Shown one piece after another: positions 18,282-28,597 of a stretch of 64,000 nt of DNA. The translations under genes were made by a program, and so were the position numbers. This stretch comes from Pseudomonadota bacterium. Lineage in GTDB: Bacteria > Myxococcota_A > UBA9160 > SZUA-336. Each line of letters begins with the position of its first letter. The first letter of the stretch is position 1. Location: contig QJZC01000045.1 in assembly GCA_003247575.1 (NCBI GenBank), positions 8,297 to 72,296 of the forward strand, in the 5' to 3' direction. The notes under the pieces were generated by a model. The model saw nothing but the letters and a program-made list of their open reading frames with translations, did no database searches and was not told where the DNA came from.

Positions 18282-19634
18282 CTAGCCAGAGCTGGCCGCC
18301 TCGGTAACCTCGATCATGCGCTCGAGCGCACGCCGCGCGAACCGTGACACGCGGGCGCGCTCGGCCTGGGGGAGGCGCTCTCGAATCCCAGAGATCTCGT
18401 CTACGGCATCTCCAGCGTAGACACGATTCAACTCTGGGGGCTTGCCTTGGCGCAGCAGGTCGAGCAAGGCCACCAAGTGGGGAGGGTCGTTGCGCGACAT
18501 CGTCGCGCAACCACAGCCGCCATCCGATCTGCCTGGGATCTCTGCCATGTGGTGCACCTCGATCCCCCGCTGCGCCGCTTGCTCCCTCAGGTTGCGCACG
18601 AAGTGCCCCTCCGTGGCGACCGCAAAGCGGCACCCCCTCTCCGCGTCCATCACACGATTCCAGAGGTAGTGTGTCGAGCCAGCACCATCTGCGAGCTCAA
18701 CGACTTCGCGCGGACACTCCGGGTGCACGATCACCTCGCATCCCTGGGATCTCCAGTATTCCACGTGGGATGGCTCGAAGATCGTATGCACACCACAGAA
18801 CGAGCCCCAGAGGATCAGGCGCGCGGCATCGAGAGAAGCCAACGTATCAGGCTGCTCGAGCGCATCGCCGCCCGCGTGCCCAGCCGGAAGTGTGACCACC
18901 TCGGCAGCGGGGATCTGGACTCGAGCGGCGACGTTTCGCCCGAGGTGTTGATCCGGGACGAACAGAATCTTGGACCCCTGACGCATCGCCCATCGCATCA
19001 CGGCAGCGGCATTGGAGCTCGTACACACAGCCCCACCTGTCTCACCCGCGAGCGCCTTTACCCGCCCAGACGTGTTCATGTAGGCGACGACGACCAAGTC
19101 GTCACCGTAGCGCTCGCGCAGGCGCTCGATCGCCGGCCGTACCATGAAGTCCTTCGCCATCATCTCCATCGTGCAGCCGGACTTCGGGTTCGTGATGTAG
19201 ACCGACTGATCATCTGCCGCCAGAAGGGCGATGGACTCGGCCATGAAGTGCACCGCCGACTCCACGAAGATCTTCTTCTCGGGATGCCGCACCGCCTGCA
19301 TCGCTAGCGCGTAGGAATCCGCGATGTGGCCGCCGTAGCGTTCGACCAGCTTCACGATCTCACCGCCCATGTAGTAGTGCGCGAGCAGCATGAGCTCTCC
19401 GCCGAGCTCGCGCAGGGCTGGTCTCAGATAACCGTCCATCCAGGGCAACACCGTCTCGGGCGTACGATCCCCAAGCGCGAGATACTCCTCCGCATAGGGA
19501 CGAAACTCCTCCTGGTACCAGTCCAGAGGCAGATCCGTCTGGCAGATCGGCACCCTCGGCTCGAGCCGAATGCCGCTGGATCGAGGCGCATCGTGTGGGG
19601 AAGCTGCTGGACTCTCGGGGGAGTGAGGGCTCAT
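18282..19634 (-). CDS. nadA: Quinolinate synthase NadA (long form with an N-terminal extension)
   Basis: LLAHYYMGGEIVKL, VCTSSNAAAVMRWA and HPECP are present. I chose the ATG at 19634; the track ORF start at 19727 would overlap the upstream CDF gene. Confidence 0.88.
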   Translation of the reverse strand: MSPHSPESPAASPHDAPRSSGIRLEPRVPICQTDLPLDWYQEEFRPYAEEYLALGDRTPETVLPWMDGYLRPALRELGGELMLLAHYYMGGEIVKLVERYGGHIADSYALAMQAVRHPEKKIFVESAVHFMAESIALLAADDQSVYITNPKSGCTMEMMAKDFMVRPAIERLRERYGDDLVVVAYMNTSGRVKALAGETGGAVCTSSNAAAVMRWAMRQGSKILFVPDQHLGRNVAARVQIPAAEVVTLPAGHAGGDALEQPDTLASLDAARLILWGSFCGVHTIFEPSHVEYWRSQGCEVIVHPECPREVVELADGAGSTHYLWNRVMDAERGCRFAVATEGHFVRNLREQAAQRGIEVHHMAEIPGRSDGGCGCATMSRNDPPHLVALLDLLRQGKPPELNRVYAGDAVDEISGIRERLPQAERARVSRFARRALERMIEVTEAASSG

Positions 19635-19699
19635 GGCGGACAGAGTAGACGAGCGAGAAATCGGGGTCGAGCAGCGCAGAGAGCAACGCCCCGGCAGGG

Positions 19700-20692
19700 T
19701 CAGAGCCGCCCTTGGCGCGTGATCCACGCGACGTCGAAGCGTGGCTCGTCTCGCTGCTCCTCACTTCGCAGCTCACAGGGCTTCACCCCACACTGCGCGC
19801 ACTGCCACTCTCTGCACGGGTCCACGTGCACGACGACGTCCCCCTGCTCGCCGATGGAGGCGTGCAGGGCTTTCTCCGCCGCGTCCGCGACCACGTGCGC
19901 GCGATCGATCGTGAAGTAGCGCGGAACCACCAGATGCAGATCGATGTGGCGGACGGGCCCAGAAGCACGCGTGCGCAGCTGATGGACGTCTACCCATTCC
20001 GGCTTGCGAGCACGCTCCAGCGCCGCCGCCAGCTCCAGCAACGATCTCGGATTCGCCTCGTCGAGGAGGCCGCCAACCGCACGCTGAACTACGCCCGACC
20101 CCGTGAGAGCGATGTTGGCTGCAACGATCAGACCGGCCAGAGGATCCAGCCAAACCCAGCCGGTAATCCCGATCGCTCCGAGAGCGACCAGCGAGCCCAC
20201 CGTGGTCACCACGTCCGTCAGGATGTGCCGACCGTCCGCCTCGATCGCCTCCGATCCGTAGCGTCGCCCCGTACGCACCAGGTAGAGCCCCAGCACCACG
20301 TTGGCGACCCCGCTGATCGCAGACAAGGTCATACCGACCCCGAGGCGCTTCAGCTCCGGCTGCTCGATCAGCTTGTACAGGGACTCACTGGCGATGGCAG
20401 CGGCAGCCAGGACGATCAGGAACCCCTCGAAAGCTGCGGAGAGCGCTTCTGCCTTGCCATGCCCGTAGGGGTGATCGTCGTCGGCAGGCCGTGCTGCGAC
20501 GACCACGCTGTAGGTGACCAGGGCGGCTGCGACCACGTTGACGACTGATTCGAGGCCATCCGCCAGCAAGGCGCTCGAACCCGTGACCCACCAGGCCGTG
20601 AGCTTCACGCACAAGATCGAGACGCCCACGAATAGAGACAGCAAGCCAGCACCGACGACGATCCGAGCGCGCTCTCGGGCCTCCTGCTCCAT
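19700..20692 (-). CDS. Cation diffusion facilitator (CDF) family metal efflux transporter
   Basis: LLADGLESVVNVV and DDDHPYGHGKAEALSA are present with six hydrophobic segments. The C-terminal tail is unusually Cys-rich (HVDPCREWQCAQCGVKPCEL). Confidence 0.88.
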   Translation of the reverse strand: MEQEARERARIVVGAGLLSLFVGVSILCVKLTAWWVTGSSALLADGLESVVNVVAAALVTYSVVVAARPADDDHPYGHGKAEALSAAFEGFLIVLAAAAIASESLYKLIEQPELKRLGVGMTLSAISGVANVVLGLYLVRTGRRYGSEAIEADGRHILTDVVTTVGSLVALGAIGITGWVWLDPLAGLIVAANIALTGSGVVQRAVGGLLDEANPRSLLELAAALERARKPEWVDVHQLRTRASGPVRHIDLHLVVPRYFTIDRAHVVADAAEKALHASIGEQGDVVVHVDPCREWQCAQCGVKPCELRSEEQRDEPRFDVAWITRQGRL

Positions 20693-20742
20693 GCGCAGAT
20701 GCTAGCCTAGCGCGGGTGGTCGAGCTGCTCGGCAAGGCGCAC

Positions 20743-22377
20743 ATGCGAGAAACTCTCGAGGCGAACCTCGACGCGCTGACGCGTACGCACAGCGATCTCG
20801 GCCGGCGACTGCGCTGGCCGGCAGAGTCTGCGCATGTCGAGCAAGACGACGATGGGACTTGGCGGCGCAAGGGAGTCGCGCTGAGCCTGACCAGCAAGGA
20901 GCTGGGTACATGCGCGACGCGCGCGGCCGAGCACTCCGAGATCGCCGTGCTCGGAGTCGGTCCAGGAGAGCTCCTGGCATGCCTGCTCGAGTGCCATCCC
21001 GCGCTGCGAATCTACGCCTGGGATCGCGATCCCTGGCTGCTACGGCTGACTCTCGCATCCCACGACCTCACGAGCGCGCTCTACGAGGGGCGATTGCAGC
21101 TCGCGCTTGGAAGTGACCTGATCGACTGGATCAGGCACGCACCTGCGGCGATCCAACTCTGGCACCCTCGCCTTCAGCACATCTATCGAATGGAGCAGAT
21201 CGCACTCTCCTGTGTCGCTGATGGGCGCCGAGCGCTCGTGGGTCTCGACCAACTCCTTTGCGAGGAGATTGCATTCGCCCTGCGTGCGGCGGGCTGGACG
21301 CCCTGCCCGATCGACCTGAGAGCCTGGTCGCTCGAGGAGCTGGATCGCTGCGTCCGCAGACTCGCTCCGGAACTTCTGATCTCGATCAACTACGTACACG
21401 GGCTGGCAGAGTTTTGCAGGGATCGCGGTCTCTGCTTCGTGTGCTGGGAAGTAGATCCCACGACCGAGACCTTGCCACCCGTGTCGGGCCCAACAGAACA
21501 CTGTCACATGTATACCTACCGAAAGAGCCACATCGTCATGTTCGATCGTGCAGGCTTCTCACACGTGCAGTACCTACCTCTGGCGGGTGCCCCGGAACGC
21601 GCGCCACGCGAATGGAGCTCGCCCAGTGACGCCCCCAGGATTGCATTCGTGGGTTCCAGTCTCGCACCGGAAGCGGAGCGGGCTCGCCAACAGTTCCTAC
21701 AGGCGTACACTCGCTGGCGTGGCGTTCCCAACGCAGAGCGAGCTTGGGCCGAGCACCACCTCGAGCTCGCAGTCTCTGCTCAGCTGGGGGAGTCGGATCC
21801 CCGGATTCTGGAAGCCGCGCTGCTCGAGTCATTCGAGGACTTCATAGCTGACGCCCGTCGCGACCGGGTCCTCGAGGACCCGGTCGCGCTGGCATGGCAG
21901 CTAGCCGCGGCACAGATCCGACGACGCCGCGTGGCTTCTCTCGCGGAGTTCGGGATCCACGTTTGGGGAGACCCGGGTTGGCGAACCCTGGGCACGCCCG
22001 GAGTACACTACCGCGGCTATGCAGGCCATCACATCGAGGTCCCGCAGATCTATCGCAGCGCCTGGATCAATCTGGATGTCGGACGCTCCTACCAAGCGGA
22101 CATCATCACTCTGCGGGTATTCGACGTCCTCGCCTGCGGAGGTTTCGTGCTGGCGGAGCGCAGCGCCGACCTGAGCGAGCTCTTCGAGATCGGCCGCGAC
22201 ATCGACGCCTATTCGGATGATGTGGAGCTGCGTGAGAAGGTAGAGTTCTATCTGTCCGACGCGCGCGCTCGGAGCGAGCTCGCAGAACGGGGTCGGAAGC
22301 GCGTGCTACGGCAACACACGGTCGGGCACCGCTTGCGAACGATGTTCGCTGGGGCGGGTCTGATCGACTCCGAGTGA
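20743..22377 (+). CDS. CgeB-like glycosyltransferase (C-terminal Glyco_trans_1_2-like domain) with an N-terminal domain of unclear function
   Basis: The C-terminus (YRSAWINLDVGRSYQADIITLRVFDVLACGGFVLAERSADLSELFEIGRDIDAYSDDVELREKVEFYL...RGRKRVLRQHTVGHRL) matches the CgeB/DUF3880-type GT pattern. I preferred the ATG at 20743 over the GTG at 20716. Confidence 0.6.
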   Translation: MRETLEANLDALTRTHSDLGRRLRWPAESAHVEQDDDGTWRRKGVALSLTSKELGTCATRAAEHSEIAVLGVGPGELLACLLECHPALRIYAWDRDPWLLRLTLASHDLTSALYEGRLQLALGSDLIDWIRHAPAAIQLWHPRLQHIYRMEQIALSCVADGRRALVGLDQLLCEEIAFALRAAGWTPCPIDLRAWSLEELDRCVRRLAPELLISINYVHGLAEFCRDRGLCFVCWEVDPTTETLPPVSGPTEHCHMYTYRKSHIVMFDRAGFSHVQYLPLAGAPERAPREWSSPSDAPRIAFVGSSLAPEAERARQQFLQAYTRWRGVPNAERAWAEHHLELAVSAQLGESDPRILEAALLESFEDFIADARRDRVLEDPVALAWQLAAAQIRRRRVASLAEFGIHVWGDPGWRTLGTPGVHYRGYAGHHIEVPQIYRSAWINLDVGRSYQADIITLRVFDVLACGGFVLAERSADLSELFEIGRDIDAYSDDVELREKVEFYLSDARARSELAERGRKRVLRQHTVGHRLRTMFAGAGLIDSE

Positions 22378-24021
22378 GCGCAAACGACCGCGCCAATACG
22401 GCTCGCGGTCGAGTTCCGCACGAGCAGCGCAGCGACGCACCGGAAGCCGTCCGGCCCGCATCAGGAGACGAACGACAGCGGGCGAGTGGCCCGGCGAAGG
22501 TCCGTTGCGTATCGCCGCGAACAAGGCCACGACATCTTCCGATGCCAGATCCGGACGCAGCGACAACACCAAGGTGACTGCGCCCAAGGTGATTCCCAGA
22601 TCGACCAACTCGCCATGGCGATCGATGGTGCGTCGATCGGGCAGGGGCGTCGCGTCGTTGCGCGGATTCGACACGAGCGTGCGAAATGCGGCGTCGCGCC
22701 CCGCAGCAAGACGCCCACTGCACACGGGGACCGCACACTGATCGACCGCGTAGGCGAGCACGTCCCGTAGAATCGGCTGTCGATCGACGTCCGACCACCC
22801 GCAGCTCAGCACCCGCGCGCCCTCGTCTATTGCGTAGGCGACGCCAAGGGCACGCGCCCAGACTCCGGTTCGCAGAGCAGCGACCGCCGAACGATTCGCC
22901 GCCGGAAGCGTACGAGCTCCCGGAATCGATCCCGATCCGCGGGTGCCCGAGGTCAGATTCTCTTCCGTATCCACAGGTAGGATCCAGGCCCCGGGCGCCA
23001 CCCCGAGTGGGCTACCCCCCGCTCCCGAGCCCGCAGCCAACCCCGCGAGCACGGTCCCTCGCCCCCAACTCGCCGCCCGGACGCTTCCTGCTCCATGCCA
23101 GTCGCTCCAATCCCACGGCTGGACCAACCCCACCCGCAGGCCCGCGTCGCTGCGCAGCAGCAAGAGTCTGGCGAAGCTAGCCCCGTAGATGTCGCCGGCG
23201 ATCCCGTTGCCGTCCTCGTCCGCCCCGTGTCGCTCCGCCAGCTTCGCCCGGAGCTTCCCGCTGACGGCAAGGTGGTTCGCATCCACTCCCGAGTCTACGA
23301 TCGCGACACCGATCCCAGCTCCCGTCGCCATGCGCCATGCACCTGGCAGTCCGAGTGCGCGAAGAGCTTCCGGCATCGGACCCGGGTCTGACACGTGAAC
23401 ACGATCCGGGCTCACCTCGCGCGGACGCGGCCGCGTGCGGACCCTCCACGCCTCCGAGGGCTTCCCGAGGGGAACCCAATCACCCCGTTTGGGGTCGTAG
23501 CCCTTCGGAGCCCGCAGGTAACCTGCATCCTCCAAGGTCAAACTGTTCGGCTCTACCCGAGGGTGCGCGGCCAGGTCCACCCAGAGTGCCGGCAGATCTA
23601 CGCCTGCGGGTAGGTCCAGCACGACCCAACGTCCCAGCCGCGTTGGTCTCGCACCCGCTTGCTCGGACGCCGCCAGAGCGGGAAACGCCGGTAGAACCTG
23701 CGCGGAATACTTTTGCAGCAACCCGTCGAGTTCGACATGCGCTGCGAGGGCGGAGCTCCCGGCCTGCAGCTTGACCAAGACGACCGCACCCTCCGACGTC
23801 GAGCGCTCGAGCGCGGGCAGGAGCGCGCTAGGGAGGTGCCCCTCGCGTCCATCCCGTCGGGGATCCAGCCTCTCGGAGACGAACTGGGTCTCGTGGGGAG
23901 GGACAAGGAGCTGCTCCTGCAGGTCCTCGAGATTGGGAATCCGACTCGAGCCCGCACAGGCAATCCCGAGCATGCACACAGCTATCTCTGATAGCCAGCC
24001 CAGACTGCCTAGCCTTCCCAT
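22306..24021 (-). CDS. Subtilase (S8)-like lipoprotein, apparently catalytically inactive
   Basis: The ATG at 24021 gives MGRLGSLGWLSEIAVCMLGIAC (lipobox); the track start is GTG 24069. The Asp motif is intact (GVAIVDSGVD, DEDGNGIAGDIYG). The His motif reads GRGTVLAGLAAG, the Asn region reads VLSCGWS, and no GTSMAxP-type Ser motif is present (GITLGAVTLV in its place). Confidence 0.65.
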   Translation of the reverse strand: MGRLGSLGWLSEIAVCMLGIACAGSSRIPNLEDLQEQLLVPPHETQFVSERLDPRRDGREGHLPSALLPALERSTSEGAVVLVKLQAGSSALAAHVELDGLLQKYSAQVLPAFPALAASEQAGARPTRLGRWVVLDLPAGVDLPALWVDLAAHPRVEPNSLTLEDAGYLRAPKGYDPKRGDWVPLGKPSEAWRVRTRPRPREVSPDRVHVSDPGPMPEALRALGLPGAWRMATGAGIGVAIVDSGVDANHLAVSGKLRAKLAERHGADEDGNGIAGDIYGASFARLLLLRSDAGLRVGLVQPWDWSDWHGAGSVRAASWGRGTVLAGLAAGSGAGGSPLGVAPGAWILPVDTEENLTSGTRGSGSIPGARTLPAANRSAVAALRTGVWARALGVAYAIDEGARVLSCGWSDVDRQPILRDVLAYAVDQCAVPVCSGRLAAGRDAAFRTLVSNPRNDATPLPDRRTIDRHGELVDLGITLGAVTLVLSLRPDLASEDVVALFAAIRNGPSPGHSPAVVRLLMRAGRLPVRRCAARAELDREPYWRGRLRSLGVDQTRPSEHRSQAVPDRVLP

Positions 24022-24096
24022 ACCGGCAGGTTCGGCGCAAGGAGCCACGCCCTTGACTGGACGCAGCACACTCGGCGCCGCAGGACGACGTCGAAA

Positions 24097-25968
24097 CTAC
24101 TCGACGAAGGTGCGAAGGTCGCGCGCGCGACTCGGGTGGCGCAGCTTGCGCAAAGCCTTCGCTTCGATCTGGCGGATTCGTTCGCGGGTGACCTCGAAGT
24201 CCTGCCCCACCTCTTCGAGCGTATGGTTCGACCGCTCATCGATTCCGAAGCGCATCTTCAGAACCTTCTCCTCACGTGCCGTCAAGGTCGCCAGCACCTT
24301 GCGCGTCTTGTCCGCCAAGTTGCGTTGCATCACCTCGTCGGTGAGCGAAATGCGGTTCTTGTCCTCGATGAAGTCGCCGAGGTGGCTATCCTCGTCCTCA
24401 CCGATGGGTGTCTCCAGCGAGATCGGCTCCTTCGCGATCTTGAGGACCATGTTGACCTTCTCGAGGCTCATGTCCATCTCTTCGGCAATCTCTTCGGGCT
24501 CGGGTTCGCGACCCAGCTTCTGAACGAGATAGCGTGACGCGCGCGTGAGCTTGTTCATCGTCTCGATCATGTGGACCGGGATGCGGATCGTCTTCGCCTG
24601 ATCTGCGATCGCACGCGTGATCGCCTGCCGGATCCACCAAGTGGCATAGGTCGAGAACTTGTATCCACGCCGATATTCGAACTTGTCGACGGCCTTGATC
24701 AGACCGATGTTGCCCTCCTGGATCAGATCCAGGAACTGCAAGCCACGATTGGTGTACTTCTTCGCAATCGATACCACCAAGCGCAGATTCGCTTCGATGA
24801 GCTCGCTCTTGGCTTGGCGCGCACACTGCGCAGCCTGCTCGATCTCGATCAGGGATTCACCTGCTTCTGCGTAAGTAGTCCCGGTGTCGACCTCCATCTC
24901 ACCGACTCGGTTGCGCGCAGCTTCGATCTCCTTCTCGGCAATCAGGATCGCTTCTGGGTTGCCACCCAGGCGATGCAAAGCCTTCTTGCCAGGGAGTGAT
25001 CGACGCCGCGATTGAACCGCGAGCTTCAGGAACTCGTCCTCGCTGAGGCGAAGCGGCTTCAGCATGCGCTTGACCGTCTCTCGTTGCGCCTCGATGGCCT
25101 CGCGGAAGCCGACGATCTCCTGCGACAGGTCTGCAATGAACGTCTTCAACAAGCCGGTAGCACGCAGCCTGTCCGCGTCACGCGTGCGGGCAAGGTCGAT
25201 CTCTCCCAGTACTCGCTCGCGCGTCTCATCGGCGGAGCGCGGGTTGTTCAACGTACGCAGCTTCTTTCCGATCTCGGTCTGCGTGCGCTTGACGACGGAG
25301 ATCGCTTGCAGGAAACCCTTCTTGCGATCTTCGAGGCTCTCCCCAGGGCCCTCTCCGGGCGCTTGAAAAACACTCTTCGCATCGAACTCGCCCGCTCGGA
25401 CCTCCTCGGAGAGCTCGATCAGGCGGCGAATCACGATCGGCGAGCGCAGCGTGGCGCGAAACTGATCCTCTTCCCCATCTTCGATTCGCTTCGCGATCTC
25501 GACCTCACCCTCGCGGGTCAGTAGAGATACGGCACCCATCTCTCGCAGGTAGACCCGAACCGGATCGTTCGACCGATACCCCTCGTACTCGCTGTTGTTG
25601 CTGGAGCGGCGTCGCGACTCGACCTTGCGCAGCGGAGTCGGCGGCTCCCAGTTCTTTATCGAGACGCCCTGACGACTGAACAGCGCTACGACTTCGTCGA
25701 GCTTCTGCGCGGACCCTAGGATGTGGTCAGGAAGGGCACGCAGCAGAGCTTGCCCGTCTACTTCCCCGTTCTCGCGACCTGCCCGCAGCAGCTGCCTCAG
25801 ACTTTGGACAGGAGTATCCTCAGCATTCGCTTCGCTCTTGGAGCTTCCCGAGGCGGCCACAGACTTCTTGGACGCCTTGGTGGCTGCGGCCTTGCTGCGT
25901 GCCGAACTCACCTTGCTCCCGCTCGTGCGGCGCGACGTCGTCTTTCGGGGGGTATTGGTTGGGGCCAT
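24097..25968 (-). CDS. rpoD: RNA polymerase primary sigma factor RpoD
   Basis: Region 2 is [62 protein letters not shown]. Region 4 is [30 protein letters not shown]. The N-terminal extension is basic and Ser/Lys-rich. Confidence 0.97.
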   Translation of the reverse strand: MAPTNTPRKTTSRRTSGSKVSSARSKAAATKASKKSVAASGSSKSEANAEDTPVQSLRQLLRAGRENGEVDGQALLRALPDHILGSAQKLDEVVALFSRQGVSIKNWEPPTPLRKVESRRRSSNNSEYEGYRSNDPVRVYLREMGAVSLLTREGEVEIAKRIEDGEEDQFRATLRSPIVIRRLIELSEEVRAGEFDAKSVFQAPGEGPGESLEDRKKGFLQAISVVKRTQTEIGKKLRTLNNPRSADETRERVLGEIDLARTRDADRLRATGLLKTFIADLSQEIVGFREAIEAQRETVKRMLKPLRLSEDEFLKLAVQSRRRSLPGKKALHRLGGNPEAILIAEKEIEAARNRVGEMEVDTGTTYAEAGESLIEIEQAAQCARQAKSELIEANLRLVVSIAKKYTNRGLQFLDLIQEGNIGLIKAVDKFEYRRGYKFSTYATWWIRQAITRAIADQAKTIRIPVHMIETMNKLTRASRYLVQKLGREPEPEEIAEEMDMSLEKVNMVLKIAKEPISLETPIGEDEDSHLGDFIEDKNRISLTDEVMQRNLADKTRKVLATLTAREEKVLKMRFGIDERSNHTLEEVGQDFEVTRERIRQIEAKALRKLRHPSRARDLRTFVE

Positions 25969-26009
25969 GATGGGGGGAACTCCTTCACACCAAAATGGAA
26001 ATCAAATGC

Positions 26010-27869
26010 TCAGGTACACCGGGGATACGTCTGCTGCTGCCGACTCCGGCGACGCTTCTCCTCGAGAAGCCGCTGCGCTTCCTGCCACAAGTCGTGCTCG
26101 CCGGGTTCAGTGCACGAAGTACGCCGATCCTGTGTTGCCTTCAAAGCACGGCTGTTCTGCACAGCCTTGAGCTTAGACAGACAATCGCGGAGCGCCTCAC
26201 GCGCCTTCGACACGTCGTCGATGCGATACTTCGATGCAGCCTCCACCAGCTTGGTGAAGCTCGCTCGCGCATCTCCGCGCAGCGCCTCCTCAGCTGGTGA
26301 GAGTAAGTGGGCGACCCAGCGGCCCGCGTGACGCTCCGACGCATCGAAGACCGAGCCGAGCAGCTCGCGGATGCGCGCATCCGGCACGAACTGCTCGTAC
26401 GACTGGGTAAAGCCCGGGCAGAGCGAATCGAGCTCGTGCACGAGCTCGGGAAAGCGAATCAGCTCGACCAGCATCCCGGATACGACGCTGTCCAGCTCGA
26501 GCGGGGCCGGCGCCGCCTCGCCAGGGTGCGGAGGGTCGTCGAGCGATGCAGAAACGGCGCGCTCCTTGCGCTGTTCGGCCTCGCGAATCTCACGCTTCAC
26601 GTCCTCTACGGTGAGCTCCAGCCGACGCGCGACGTCCTGCACGTAGCGCTTGCGCTCAGTGCGATCTTGAACCAGACAGAGCATCTCGGATATCTCTCGC
26701 AGCGCTGCAGCTGTCGTGCGCGGATTCGCGCGCGCCAATCCGACGTGCTCGTCGACGCGCTTGGCGATCAGATCTTCCGCACCCTCGATCAGCTCTCTCA
26801 GCGCAGCGGCACCACGCCGTTGCACCAGCGTATCGGGATCCTCGTCTGCAGGTAGGAAGGCGGCCCGAACGTAGAGGTGCTCGGGCGCAAGCAATCGGAG
26901 TGATTTCTCTGCAGCCTTCTGTCCGGCCGCATCTCCGTCGAACAGCAGGATCACCTCGTCGGTGAAACGGCGCAGCAGGCGAGCGTGCTCTGCCGTCAGC
27001 GCGGTACCACAGGGGGCGACGACCTCCGACAATCCGGCACGGTGCACGGCAACGACGTCGAAGTAGCCCTCCACGATGATCGCGCGCGAGCGCTCGCGGA
27101 TCGCCTGTCGCGCAAGAGACAGGCCGAAGAGCGTGCTGCTCTTGCGGTAGATCGGAGTCTCGGGCGAGTTCATGTACTTGAACTTCGGATCTCCGTCGAG
27201 GCTACGACCGCCGAATCCCTCGACACGACCCGCGAGATCGATGATCGGAAACATGACGCGAGCGCGGAAGCGATCGTAGTGACCGTCGTGGGTCTTGCTC
27301 GGCGAGATCAAACCCGCCATCTCCGCATCCTCGACCGAGATGCCTCGCGAACGCAGATGCGCCAACAGACCCTCGGGAGGGGCGTACCCCACTTGGAAGC
27401 GATCGATCAGATCGAGGGACAGCCCACGCTCCTCGAGATATCGGCCCGCACCCGTACCCGACGGCGAACGTAGCGATGTCCGGAAGTACGCCAGCGCCGC
27501 CGAAGTCGCAGAATACAGACGAGCCGCCCGATCCCGCTCCTCTTTGCGCTGCCCTCCGTCCGAATCGGGACCGGATTCCGGAATCTGGATTCCGAGCTCA
27601 TCGGCAATTGCGCGTACTGCCTCGCGAAACCCGAGCCCTTCGTAGTTCATGCGAAACGCGAACAGGTCCCCGCTGGCTCCACAGCCGAAGCAGTAGTAGA
27701 TCTGGCGCTCACGGTTGACGCTGAAAGAGGGCGTCTTCTCCTGATGGAAAGGACAGAGCCCCATGAGTCGACTGCCGGACTGCCGAAGCGTTACGTAACG
27801 CCCGACGATCTCTGCGAGATCCCCTCGATCGCGAATCTCATCGAGGACCTGATCCGGAATGTCGCCCAA
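26010..27869 (-). CDS. dnaG: DNA primase DnaG
   Basis: It has the zinc finger CPFHQEKTPSFSVNRERQIYYCFGCGASGD and the TOPRIM motifs IIVEGYFDV and LLFDGDAAGQKA. It lies between rpsU and rpoD. Confidence 0.95.
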   Translation of the reverse strand: MGDIPDQVLDEIRDRGDLAEIVGRYVTLRQSGSRLMGLCPFHQEKTPSFSVNRERQIYYCFGCGASGDLFAFRMNYEGLGFREAVRAIADELGIQIPESGPDSDGGQRKEERDRAARLYSATSAALAYFRTSLRSPSGTGAGRYLEERGLSLDLIDRFQVGYAPPEGLLAHLRSRGISVEDAEMAGLISPSKTHDGHYDRFRARVMFPIIDLAGRVEGFGGRSLDGDPKFKYMNSPETPIYRKSSTLFGLSLARQAIRERSRAIIVEGYFDVVAVHRAGLSEVVAPCGTALTAEHARLLRRFTDEVILLFDGDAAGQKAAEKSLRLLAPEHLYVRAAFLPADEDPDTLVQRRGAAALRELIEGAEDLIAKRVDEHVGLARANPRTTAAALREISEMLCLVQDRTERKRYVQDVARRLELTVEDVKREIREAEQRKERAVSASLDDPPHPGEAAPAPLELDSVVSGMLVELIRFPELVHELDSLCPGFTQSYEQFVPDARIRELLGSVFDASERHAGRWVAHLLSPAEEALRGDARASFTKLVEAASKYRIDDVSKAREALRDCLSKLKAVQNSRALKATQDRRTSCTEPGEHDLWQEAQRLLEEKRRRSRQQQTYPRCT

Positions 27870-28055
27870 GCTACTGCCTCGCTATTACGCTTGCTGCGAG
27901 TCCTGCTGCGAGCCCCGCTACGAGACTCGAGCGGAGCCAGCGAAGATCAGCTCTGCCAAGCTGGCTCCCGCCTGTAGTGGGTCGTCGCAGCGACCATCAT
28001 CCACCTCAACACAGAACGGGCTCGACGCCTGGTCTCGCGTCGAGCCCCCTTTGAG

Positions 28056-28253
28056 TCATCCAACGGATGCCTTCAGTTTCTTGATCGCGCGCTTGCGCGC
28101 AGCCAGAGCCTTCTTCTTGCGGCGCACGCTGGGCTTCTCGTAGTACTCTCGGCGCCGGAGCTCGTACATGAGCCCAGCCTTCTCGCACTGCTTCTTGAAC
28201 CGCTTGAGCGCACCCTCGAACGACTCGTTCTCTTTGATCTTTACACCAGGCAG
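28056..28253 (-). CDS. rpsU: 30S ribosomal protein S21, probably initiated at CTG
   Basis: (L/M)[47 protein letters not shown] aligns from residue 1 with S21 ([21 protein letters not shown] in E. coli). GGAAGGAGGG lies 7 nt upstream of the CTG at 28253. The track ORF adds 17 non-homologous residues from TTG 28304. Confidence 0.88.
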   Translation of the reverse strand: MPGVKIKENESFEGALKRFKKQCEKAGLMYELRRREYYEKPSVRRKKKALAARKRAIKKLKASVG

Positions 28254-28597
28254 AAGAGACCCTCCTTCCCATGAGTCTGAGCAATTCAGGAAATGCACCG
28301 ACAAAAAGTCTCGAAAACGCTTCCCGAACGCAATACATGTGCGCCCGGTCTCCTGAAATCTTTCGGCTCGAACCCAAGCAGTAGCTCGCGCCCGGGCCTC
28401 GCATACCTATCGCAAGCTGATTCGAGCACCGCAAATCTCCTACTGAACGCGCCAGCCCGCTCGCTACAGATCCTCGAGGAGTCGGCATTCAGCGATGACA
28501 CGAGCCCGGTGCCCGAGCAGCTGCACGCTACGACCAGAGCTAGCCGTCTATCTCGAGCGCGGTTCACACTCTGTGCTTCAGCTGCTGCCACTCATTC

